From: an uncultured virus (IMG/VR IMGVR_UViG_3300048033_000643)
Taxonomy: Duplodnaviria > Heunggongvirae > Uroviricota > Caudoviricetes > Crassvirales
Virus record (IMG/VR): IMGVR_UViG_3300048033_000643
DNA: 64,000 nt
Direction: 5' to 3' (one strand)
A program made the translations under genes and the position numbers. Every line of letters starts with the position of its first letter. The first letter of the stretch is position 1. The notes beneath the pieces are model-generated. The model was not told the origin of the DNA. It saw only the letters and a program-made list of their open reading frames with translations, and did no database searches. Of this stretch, positions 45,306 through 53,033 are shown one piece after another.

Positions 45306-45551
45306 AATTAACACACACCACGAAAGGGAAGGTAATAACCCGCCGAGATCACAAAAACCAAAACAAAACGCCCCGAATAACGCCCCATTTAAACACCTGA
45401 TCAACAATGATTTAAACATATTGTTATATATGTAACAAGTAGTTAAATAAAAAATTTCCCTCTGTTGGGTAATGTTTAAACACTATTTGTTTTTTTATTT
45501 GCTTTTATTTGTTTAGTTTTGATAAATAATTAATAATTAAATAATAATAAT

Positions 45552-45755
45552 ATGAAAACTTTTAAATTTATTCAGTCCTCAATTTTAATACTTGCGTTTA
45601 GTGTTATTACCTCGGGCATTATTCAAATCATGTATCATTTAGCTAACGACGTTCAAACGCTTTTACAGGGCGTAATTATGGGTATTTTTTACGCCTTTGT
45701 TTTAGTTCTTTTTGTTGTCGTTTGGTATGGTTTAATTTTAATCATTAAAAAATAA
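45552..45755 (+). CDS. small two-TM membrane protein (first early gene)
   Basis: Two hydrophobic helices. Confidence 0.6.
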   Translation: MKTFKFIQSSILILAFSVITSGIIQIMYHLANDVQTLLQGVIMGIFYAFVLVLFVVVWYGLILIIKK

Positions 45756-45757
45756 TC

Positions 45758-46369
45758 ATGATCGAAACACACACAAACCGCGAAACGTGGCTTTTAAAAG
45801 CTACTAATCAACTTCAAACGAAAGTATTTACACCCGAAAATCTAATCATTCCGCATGACGTAAAAATTTCGTGCGGGTTTGCGATCGGCTCAAGGGCGGG
45901 CGCTAAAAAAATGACTCTTGGCGTATGTCATCCCCGAAGTCATTCAGAAGATTCAGTTAATGAAATTTTCATGTCGCCACAAATTGACGATTCTATTCAA
46001 ACGCTCGGCACATTAGCGCATGAATTAATACACGCAATTGACGACTGCAAGAGCGGACACGGGAAAGCTTTCCGAGACATGGCGCACGCTATAGGGTTAA
46101 CGGGCAAAATGACCTCAACAACTGAAACGCCTGAGTTGGTAGAGATATTAAAAACCATTGTTGCTGATCTTGGCGAATATCCACACGCTAAACTAAACCT
46201 AAACAAGCGCCCAAAACAGGGAACGCGTAACATTAAAATGGAATGCACCGACGACCACGGGAACGGGTGCGGGTTTAGTTTCAGAACGTCGCAAAAAAAT
46301 GTAGACATGATTCAAGTTGTAACCTGCCCCGCCTGTTGTAGCGAAACGAGTTACTTAAGCATAGCTTAA
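45758..46369 (+). CDS. SprT-like zincin metalloprotease with C-terminal Zn ribbon
   Basis: LAHELIHA...GHGKAF...A.AIGL; C..(x)..CG and CPAC. Confidence 0.75.
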   Translation: MIETHTNRETWLLKATNQLQTKVFTPENLIIPHDVKISCGFAIGSRAGAKKMTLGVCHPRSHSEDSVNEIFMSPQIDDSIQTLGTLAHELIHAIDDCKSGHGKAFRDMAHAIGLTGKMTSTTETPELVEILKTIVADLGEYPHAKLNLNKRPKQGTRNIKMECTDDHGNGCGFSFRTSQKNVDMIQVVTCPACCSETSYLSIA

Positions 46370-46391
46370 GAGCGTTTAAACGCCCCCGACA

Positions 46392-46427
46392 CCCCGCCTA
46401 GATAATAGCGCGGGGATTTGGTGGTAG
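46392..46427 (+). promoter_or_regulatory. hairpin plus GGATTTGGTGGTAG leader element, copy 1
   Basis: 14-mer identical to 51694-51707, each following a hairpin. Confidence 0.6.
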
Positions 46428-46448
46428 TAACTTTAATTAAATAAAATT

Positions 46449-47093
46449 ATGATTAGATTTAGTAAAGCGGGAAAAATGCCGTGCCGATCTTGGAGTCTTC
46501 AAGCGTTGGACACTTGCCCCGCGTCCCGTGATAAAAGCGGGGAACTTGTTCCCGCTTGTAAGGGTTGTTATGCCGTCGGCGGTAACTATAGATTTAAAAA
46601 CGTTAAGAGCGTACGCGAAGAAAACCGCAAAGACTGGAAGCGGGACGACTGGGCGCAAGACATGATTGAGGAAATGAATTTAAACGATCGTTTTTTTCGG
46701 TGGTTTGATTCGGGGGACATTTATAGCATTCGATTAGCTGAAAAAATACTAGAAATTTGCACGGCTACGCCGTGGGTTTTTCATTGGATCCCAACAAGAA
46801 TGTACAAACTTTCAAAGTTTCGCCCCATCTTAGAGCGTTTAAACGCATTGCCTAACGTTGTTGTGCGCTATAGTTCCGACGGCGTAAACGGGGAAACCAT
46901 AGACGGCGCGGAATATCAAAGCACAATAATAAGCGACAAAACAAAATTAAATCCGAGTTTCAAAATCTGCAAGGCATACGAGAACGGCGGGAAATGTTTA
47001 AAATGTCGCGCGTGTTGGAGTAAAGAAAATAAAATAATTGCGTACATGGGACACGGCGCAAGCATGAGAAAAGAACAATTAAAAATAAATTAA
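46449..47093 (+). CDS. phage GP88-family Cys-rich protein
   Basis: KMPCRSWSLQA..TCP...CKGCYA..G.Y, FRWFDSGD, HWIPTR, CLKCRACW. Confidence 0.75.
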   Translation: MIRFSKAGKMPCRSWSLQALDTCPASRDKSGELVPACKGCYAVGGNYRFKNVKSVREENRKDWKRDDWAQDMIEEMNLNDRFFRWFDSGDIYSIRLAEKILEICTATPWVFHWIPTRMYKLSKFRPILERLNALPNVVVRYSSDGVNGETIDGAEYQSTIISDKTKLNPSFKICKAYENGGKCLKCRACWSKENKIIAYMGHGASMRKEQLKIN

Positions 47094-47229
47094 ATTAAAA
47101 TTAAAATACTATGAAAAAATTAAATTTTTATGTGTACGTTTTTAAAAGCGGAAATATTGCCCCGTTTGAAATATCAGGGGAAAAAATCATTGGTATATGG
47201 AAAGTATACAAAACTTTTAAAACAAAACT

Positions 47230-47457
47230 ATGAGCAACAAAGCGCAATTTTTCCACAACGTAAAGAAAGCAAAGAGACAACGTTTAAACGCTATCTATAC
47301 TAAAAGCGAATTATTAAAATTCTTCAATGATAAATTTATTGAAGTTTACCCGCATTACAATTACACGACAAAAGAAACGACATTTGAAGTGCGAAGTATT
47401 AAGAATGTAATTTGGGAAAACCACGAGACACCGCAAGAAATAATAAATGAATATTAA
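47230..47457 (+). CDS. hypothetical early protein
   Basis: ORF track; A-rich leader. Confidence 0.55.
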   Translation: MSNKAQFFHNVKKAKRQRLNAIYTKSELLKFFNDKFIEVYPHYNYTTKETTFEVRSIKNVIWENHETPQEIINEY

Positions 47458-47474
47458 TTAAAATAAATAAAATT

Positions 47475-47786
47475 ATGAGTAGTAAACACATTGAATTATC
47501 AAAATTAAATCACATTAAAATAGAGTCTGCAATAGTAAGGGACAGAGTCGGCGAAATCTTAGAGACTTTTTTTCTTCATAAAGACATAGGGACAGACATT
47601 CAAGAAATTACATCTTTATTAATTAACCATAATGTAATGGAAGAAACACAGGTTGAAAGATTAGAAACATTTTTAGAAAGAATCGGTAAAAGTTTATGGA
47701 AGTCAGCAAACGAGTACGACAAAGCAAAAATTGAAGAGCGTTTAAACGTACCGAAGAAAAAAAATAACAGAGGTAAAAGAAAATAA
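47475..47786 (+). CDS. hypothetical early protein
   Basis: ORF track; A-rich leader. Confidence 0.6.
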   Translation: MSSKHIELSKLNHIKIESAIVRDRVGEILETFFLHKDIGTDIQEITSLLINHNVMEETQVERLETFLERIGKSLWKSANEYDKAKIEERLNVPKKKNNRGKRK

Positions 47787-47998
47787 ATAAAAATAATTAG
47801 GAATTAATAATAAATTTGTTATATATTCGTAAAGTAATTAACAACAAAAGATTAATAATCTTAAAGGACAACGAGTAAAGGTCAGAGTTTCCGAGTTTAA
47901 AAATTACGATTGATCTATCAAATAAATAGTAACAAGGTGTAAAATGGTGGCACCTACTCTAAGATAAATTAAAACACCTGTAATTTTAAATAAATAGA

Positions 47999-48352
47999 AT
48001 GAAACTTTTAACTAATGGAATTTTAAAAATTGACGGAAGTTTAGACATAGAAATGTTAACGACTCCCGAAGAATGCGAAGAAATATTAAGTATTTTATCC
48101 ATTCGTCAGCTAGTGGCAAAAATTGCCGACGGGGATATTGAATCTTCAGAACTTGAGCAAGCAAGCGCAGTAATTAAATGCTCAAATATTGATTATATGT
48201 TTGGCTTGTTAAAATCAGGGCAAAAAAATAAAGAGTTAATTTCTTTAGAAGAAAAAATCTATCTAAAACAAATTAGATTAGCTAAAGAAAAAAGGGAAAG
48301 AGTAGAACCTTTCAATAAATTAATCAAGTCTCTGAAAGATTGGGATAAATAA
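47999..48352 (+). CDS. hypothetical early protein
   Basis: ORF track. Confidence 0.6.
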   Translation: MKLLTNGILKIDGSLDIEMLTTPEECEEILSILSIRQLVAKIADGDIESSELEQASAVIKCSNIDYMFGLLKSGQKNKELISLEEKIYLKQIRLAKEKRERVEPFNKLIKSLKDWDK

Positions 48353-48362
48353 AATAAATAAA

Positions 48363-48710
48363 ATGACTAAAATTAATTTAAATAATTATCCGAGAGTGTT
48401 TAAACGCCACACTAAATTTTGGGCTGATTTTCATGACTACATAGAAAATTGTATCAATGGCGAAAAGAAAATGAATTTAGCGAAGTACAATTTAATAGTT
48501 TCTAAAAGAGATGTTTCCCTTTGGACTAAGTTAAATGTAAAACCTCATAGAGGTTGGAAAGTATCGCAAGTAAAAGAATACTTTGGAATCAAAGGAAGTA
48601 AAAAAACTTTGCTAGACAATTTCACAAAAGTGTTTGAGGAGTATATGTTATTAGAGAAAGAATTGACAAAGAAAGCGATGTTAGGAAACGTTCACATGGA
48701 CGCATGGTAA
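48363..48710 (+). CDS. hypothetical early protein
   Basis: ORF track. Confidence 0.6.
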   Translation: MTKINLNNYPRVFKRHTKFWADFHDYIENCINGEKKMNLAKYNLIVSKRDVSLWTKLNVKPHRGWKVSQVKEYFGIKGSKKTLLDNFTKVFEEYMLLEKELTKKAMLGNVHMDAW

Positions 48711-48718
48711 AAAATAAT

Positions 48719-48791
48719 TGCGGGTTAGAGCAGTGGTCAGCTCGTGAGTCTCATAAACTCAAGGTCATAGGTTCGAATCCTTTACCCGCAA
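48719..48791 (+). tRNA. tRNA-Met(CAT), initiator-like, no encoded CCA
   Basis: Acceptor TGCGGGT/ACCCGCA, D stem GAGC/GCTC, anticodon arm TGAGT-CTCATAA-ACTCA, T loop GGTTCGAATCC. Confidence 0.9.
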
Positions 48792-48793
48792 CA

Positions 48794-48930
48794 AAATCAG
48801 TATCTGAGATTAAATCAGGAACTCAGACTAAGCTTATTCCTGAACCAATGCCGTTGCAACGGCTACTTAACCGAACGAGACTTAAAGTCTTTCAGTACAT
48901 TAAGGAACGGGATAAAAGTAAGGCTGATTT
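48794..48930 (+). ncRNA. candidate structured RNA with a pseudoknot, just 3' of the tRNA
   Basis: Closing stem AAATCAG/CTGATTT; TCTGAG/CTCAGA; TCAGGAA/TTCCTGA; GCCGT/ACGGC; AGACT/AGTCT. Confidence 0.5.
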
Positions 48931-48978
48931 CAAAATGTAGAAATAGGCGAGTATTGAAACAAGGGTACTAATTTCTAA

Positions 48979-49017
48979 CGAGGGGTGGCAATACTCCAAA
49001 CCCCTCGGCATTTTTTT
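48979..49017 (+). terminator. intrinsic terminator-like hairpin
   Basis: CGAGGGGT/ACCCCTCG stem followed by T7. Confidence 0.6.
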
Positions 49018-49036
49018 AAAAAGTAAATTATTAATT

Positions 49037-49297
49037 ATGGCAAATATAAATTTCAGTAACGAGACAACAAAGCAATTGTTGGATTGTAAAAACGCACAGG
49101 TCGAGGCGTTACAAAAAGATCGACAAAAGAATATTGATTTTCTAAAACGACTAATAGAATACGTTGAAAATCCAAAACATTCTGAAAACGAGTGGTCAGA
49201 GGATTTTCTAAGTGACGGCGAAATGTTGGATATAGTTGTTGATCAGTTAAAAAAATTCACAGCGATAAGACATCGTTTAAACAACCCCAAATCATGA
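49037..49297 (+). CDS. hypothetical protein
   Basis: ORF track. Confidence 0.6.
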   Translation: MANINFSNETTKQLLDCKNAQVEALQKDRQKNIDFLKRLIEYVENPKHSENEWSEDFLSDGEMLDIVVDQLKKFTAIRHRLNNPKS

Positions 49298-49425
49298 GTA
49301 AAGAGTATATAATTAGTAAACTCAGGGATTTAAGAGACGAAACACCTTGTATAGAGGATTCACAAACTGCCTGTGGGTGCGAAAAGTTTGATGAAATAAT
49401 AGATTTAATACAAAAAAATTTATGA
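49294..49425 (+). CDS. 43-aa hypothetical protein (MSKEYIISKL...CGCEKF)
   Basis: ATGA-coupled at both ends; translated by hand. Confidence 0.55.
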   Translation: MSKEYIISKLRDLRDETPCIEDSQTACGCEKFDEIIDLIQKNL

Positions 49426-49619
49426 GTAAAGAAAAATTTCATTGGGAAGAAGACACTTGGGGTGTAGTTGTTACAGAAGCGGGCGACACATTAGAGATAA
49501 ACTTGCACACTTGCGATGTTTCAGGAAGACAATACATAACTTTTTATCCTGAACTTACGACAGATGTTCATGCTTCAAATAAAGTATTGGCACATTATGA
49601 AGTATTTAAAAAAGATTAA
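49422..49619 (+). CDS. hypothetical protein
   Basis: ORF track. Confidence 0.55.
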   Translation: MSKEKFHWEEDTWGVVVTEAGDTLEINLHTCDVSGRQYITFYPELTTDVHASNKVLAHYEVFKKD

Positions 49620-49620
49620 T

Positions 49621-49959
49621 ATGAATACTTGGATAGATAAAAATAGATTAATAGCAGAATTTATGGGAGTAGACCAAGTTGATATTGATACTTGGTGTGA
49701 TGAATATACCGAATTAAAATACCAAACTTCTTGGGATTGGTTGATGCCCGTAATAGAGAAAATAGAAACTCTTGGTTACACCTTTGAGAAAAACTATCAG
49801 CCAATAGACAAAGATTGGCAGTCATTAATAGTAAAAGGCAATGATATTCTTTATCAAGAATTTGATAACGAAAGCATAAAAGCATCTTACTATGTGGTGT
49901 GTGAATTAATTGCCCAATTATGGGAAAAGAAAATAAGATTTAAAAAAAGTAAATTATGA
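49621..49959 (+). CDS. hypothetical phage protein (NRLIAEFMG...YQTSWDWLMPVIEKIE)
   Basis: Motif I recall from Bacteroidota phages; the 49621 start follows the upstream stop. Confidence 0.7.
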   Translation: MNTWIDKNRLIAEFMGVDQVDIDTWCDEYTELKYQTSWDWLMPVIEKIETLGYTFEKNYQPIDKDWQSLIVKGNDILYQEFDNESIKASYYVVCELIAQLWEKKIRFKKSKL

Positions 49960-50240
49960 AATTAAAAGTAACGAGTTACAGAGAATTTGATACTCGACGA
50001 GGAGTAGGGTATGAATGTAAAACCAACGTAAAAGGTCTTTCCATTTGGAATGATGGCGATGGTGGATGCACTTATTTTAGTGGGAATGAACACACTACAA
50101 GTGGAAAGATAATTTGGGAATATTCCGAAAAATATAATGAGAATCAAATAGAAGTTTTGATTGATGAATTTCTGGGAATAACACCATATCAAAGATTAGA
50201 GGAAGAAAAAAAGTTTAAAGCTAAATTCAATTTATCATGA
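49956..50240 (+). CDS. hypothetical protein (WNDGDGG motif)
   Basis: Coupled ORF. Confidence 0.6.
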   Translation: MKLKVTSYREFDTRRGVGYECKTNVKGLSIWNDGDGGCTYFSGNEHTTSGKIIWEYSEKYNENQIEVLIDEFLGITPYQRLEEEKKFKAKFNLS

Positions 50241-50479
50241 ACGTAAAAGGAACTTATTGTATAACAGAAAGTATGGAACAATATAATCTCGAAATAGATT
50301 ATCAGTATTACCATAAAAAACCTACACATTACGATCCACTTGAAGATCAGTTAGATATAAAAGAAGTGCGTTTAAACGGGATGGACATAACTAAATTCTA
50401 TTGGGATTATCTCGATGAGGATATGTTTATTGATGTTTATGAGTACGCAGTAGAAAATAAATATGAAAATCATGAGTAA
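50237..50479 (+). CDS. hypothetical acidic protein
   Basis: Coupled ORF. Confidence 0.6.
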   Translation: MNVKGTYCITESMEQYNLEIDYQYYHKKPTHYDPLEDQLDIKEVRLNGMDITKFYWDYLDEDMFIDVYEYAVENKYENHE

Positions 50480-50804
50480 AGAAATTAAAACCACTTACCA
50501 ATATTCAGACTATAGGGGTAGTGAAATGATATGGTCAACAGAAGATATAGAGTCAATAGCTAAAAATTTAGATATTAATTATTTAGATTTTGATGACTAT
50601 GATAAAATTCTGCACGATACATTTAAAAATTATGGTGCTGAGATCATGGACGAAGTCAGAGGGTTCTTTGAGGCTCAGGTTTATAATCATGCAAAAGCAT
50701 TACAACACGAACACATTGACTTTGATGATTTCATGCCTATGAAAAAACACATGGAAAAATGTGAAGACATTATAATTGAATCAATTAAAAAGAAAAAATC
50801 ATGA
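50463..50804 (+). CDS. hypothetical acidic protein
   Basis: ORF track. Confidence 0.6.
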   Translation: MKIMSKEIKTTYQYSDYRGSEMIWSTEDIESIAKNLDINYLDFDDYDKILHDTFKNYGAEIMDEVRGFFEAQVYNHAKALQHEHIDFDDFMPMKKHMEKCEDIIIESIKKKKS

Positions 50805-51082
50805 GTATAAAATTAGATAGAATTGTAGCAATTGCTACCGATTTAAAAAACGATACTGAGTGGGTTAACGATAGTCATTCTGAATATGAACACAAAGGTG
50901 TTGTTCATGGCTTAGATAGATTAATATCTCATCTAAAAGAAACTAAACCAACTGATGTAGAGAAGTTTTCTCAAACTCCTTTATATGAATGGTTTAATAA
51001 TTTTGTTGATTATGTACAAGATAATCATAGAAACATTTATAACGAAGCGTGTGACTACGCTGATAAAAAAGAAGAGTTATGA
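50801..51082 (+). CDS. hypothetical protein
   Basis: Coupled ORF. Confidence 0.6.
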   Translation: MSIKLDRIVAIATDLKNDTEWVNDSHSEYEHKGVVHGLDRLISHLKETKPTDVEKFSQTPLYEWFNNFVDYVQDNHRNIYNEACDYADKKEEL

Positions 51083-51216
51083 GACATATTATAGCAATGT
51101 TAGATAATATCTATTTTGAAGTGAAAGAGTACGCACTAGAATCTGAGGATAAAGAAAAGGTTTTAGAAAAAATAAATGAAGTTCAAAATCAAGTAGAAAA
51201 TTTATATGAAAAATAA
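51079..51216 (+). CDS. 45-aa hypothetical protein
   Basis: ATGA-coupled; translated by hand. Confidence 0.5.
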   Translation: MRHIIAMLDNIYFEVKEYALESEDKEKVLEKINEVQNQVENLYEK

Positions 51217-51349
51217 AAAAAGACAATATCGCAGTAATCAAGGGCGAAGTCCAAAAAAAGAAAATGAAATATTTCATCTTCTCAAATTAACTTTAATAGT
51301 ATGCTCTTGTTTCGTTTTACTTTTAACTTTAGCTAAAATATTATTATGA
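51206..51349 (+). CDS. 47-aa membrane protein (KRQYRSNQGRSPK plus TM)
   Basis: Translated by hand; coupled to the 51346 ORF. Confidence 0.6.
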   Translation: MKNKKRQYRSNQGRSPKKENEIFHLLKLTLIVCSCFVLLLTLAKILL

Positions 51350-51573
51350 ATTACAGAAAAGACAATATAGAATTAATAGGAAAAGTTTTAGAATTAGAAG
51401 GGCAAATTAAAGAATTAAAAAAAGTTCTGGTAATATCCGCTAATGAAAGAGATTTTTATAAGAAAAAGTTTTCTCAATGCAATGAGTGGGGCGGATCAGA
51501 GGAGTATGTTTCTAAAGAAGTTCCCTTAAATAAATTACTTTTAGTATTAGGAAATGATAAAAAAATAAATTAA
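51346..51573 (+). CDS. hypothetical coiled-coil protein
   Basis: ORF track. Confidence 0.55.
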   Translation: MNYRKDNIELIGKVLELEGQIKELKKVLVISANERDFYKKKFSQCNEWGGSEEYVSKEVPLNKLLLVLGNDKKIN

Positions 51574-51672
51574 ATTTACCTTGCTATGTATATTATTGAT
51601 CCTGAATTAGAAGAACTATATCAAACACAATTTTTGTTTGTTTAAACGCTTTGTTTGTTTAAATTGCGCCAA

Positions 51673-51707
51673 CCTCTTAGTCAAAAGCTAAGAGGATTTG
51701 GTGGTAG
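51673..51707 (+). promoter_or_regulatory. hairpin plus GGATTTGGTGGTAG leader element, copy 2
   Basis: CCTCTTAG/CTAAGAGG stem then the same 14-mer as 46414-46427. Confidence 0.6.
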
Positions 51708-51725
51708 AAACCATAATTTAATAAA

Positions 51726-52043
51726 ATGAAAAAAGATATTTTTGACTACTACGCAAATTCTGTAGCAAAACAATTTAACATAACCTTAGAGCAGTTATTT
51801 ACTCAAACAAAGGTAAGTCATATAGTAGACGCTCGACAAATTCTTTACTATCTATGTATTGAAAGACCTATTAAAAAAAGTTACATCAAAACTTTTTTAC
51901 AAGAACAAGGATATCAAGTCTCTCATTCAACTATGGAACACGGATATAAAAAAGCAGTTCAGCTTATTGAAAGCGATCCTGATTTTCAGAAAATGATTTT
52001 AGATATTAAACAACGTTTAAACGTAACGTTAAATGATAATTGA
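51726..52043 (+). CDS. DnaA C-terminal (domain IV)-like HTH DNA-binding protein
   Basis: VAKQFNIT.EQL...K...IVDARQILYYLC...HSTMEHG..K. Confidence 0.7.
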   Translation: MKKDIFDYYANSVAKQFNITLEQLFTQTKVSHIVDARQILYYLCIERPIKKSYIKTFLQEQGYQVSHSTMEHGYKKAVQLIESDPDFQKMILDIKQRLNVTLNDN

Positions 52044-52458
52044 AGAATTGTATTACATATTTGAGGAAGCTTTAAATGATAGAAAAGCTATAGAAACTCA
52101 GACTAAAAAAGTTCATTCCGTAATAGCTAATGGAGTTAAAATTCAAAAGTTTTCTGATCGAATAGAAATACTTAACATGGGGAAAGGTGGCGACTATTTC
52201 CAAGAATGCACACTTGAGGAGTATGATTTTTTCTATGATGAGGGATGGGAAGTTGGATGTTATAAGGTTAAGATTAACAACTGCATACATAAACTTAAGA
52301 TAATAGAAGAAAATATTAAAACTGAAGTAAATACAAGAAAGAACGATAAGCATATTCAAAATTTAAAAAATAGAAGAGAAAAAATTCTTCAGAAATATAC
52401 TATAAATAAAAATAAATTAAATCAAATCAAATCAAATCAAAATGGAAAATTACTTTAA
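52033..52458 (+). CDS. hypothetical protein
   Basis: ORF track. Confidence 0.6.
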   Translation: MIIEELYYIFEEALNDRKAIETQTKKVHSVIANGVKIQKFSDRIEILNMGKGGDYFQECTLEEYDFFYDEGWEVGCYKVKINNCIHKLKIIEENIKTEVNTRKNDKHIQNLKNRREKILQKYTINKNKLNQIKSNQNGKLL

Positions 52459-53032
52459 AAAGTTGTCAGCCATCAACGTAAAAGGAATGGCAGAAAAAAA
52501 AGGAAATTTTAATTACCTATCATGGGCAAACGCTTGGTCACTTATTAAAGAGGCTTATCCTGATGCTCAAAGAAAAGTTTATGAATCAGCACAAACAGAG
52601 CTACCTTATTTTACAGACGGCAAAACTGCTTCAGTAAAAGTTGGAATAATGGTTAATGGTATAGAACACATTGATTATTTACCTGTAATGGATTACAGAA
52701 ACAATTCAATTCCTATAGCTAAAATTACATCTATGGATGTTAACACTGCAATACAAAGGTCTACTGCAAAAGCTATTGCTATGCACGGATTAGGTATAGC
52801 TATATTTAAAGGCGAGGATTTGGTAAATATTGCAAGTCCGAAAGCTAACGTACCTAAGGAGCCTAAGAAGGAGATTACTTACACTCTAAAGGTAGGGGGC
52901 GATAATTGGGAAAAAGTTCTTAATTACATATCTAAAAAGCGAGGAGATGGATTAGAGAAAATAATCCAAACTTTATCTACCAAGTACAAGATTACTGCTG
53001 AGGTAAAAAAAGAAATAGCTAAAAACGTATAA
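52442..53032 (+). CDS. Sak/DUF1071-type single-strand annealing protein
   Basis: EKKGNFNYLSWANAW, LPVMDYRN, DVNTAIQRSTAKAIAMHGLGIAIFKGED. Confidence 0.85.
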   Translation: MENYFKKLSAINVKGMAEKKGNFNYLSWANAWSLIKEAYPDAQRKVYESAQTELPYFTDGKTASVKVGIMVNGIEHIDYLPVMDYRNNSIPIAKITSMDVNTAIQRSTAKAIAMHGLGIAIFKGEDLVNIASPKANVPKEPKKEITYTLKVGGDNWEKVLNYISKKRGDGLEKIIQTLSTKYKITAEVKKEIAKNV

Positions 53033-53033
53033 C

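Noticed and set aside
45202..45435. ORFs on both strands across the C-rich block
   Set aside because: GTG/internal starts and low-complexity Pro- or Gly-rich translations are by-products of the C tracts
48704..48940. 78-aa ORF from the track
   Set aside because: It overlaps the tRNA and the structured RNA entirely, so it is probably spurious
52415..52442. (AATCA)n microrepeat upstream of the SSAP gene
   Set aside because: Consistent with an ordinary A-rich Bacteroidota translation leader; similar tracts precede 14718 and 44415
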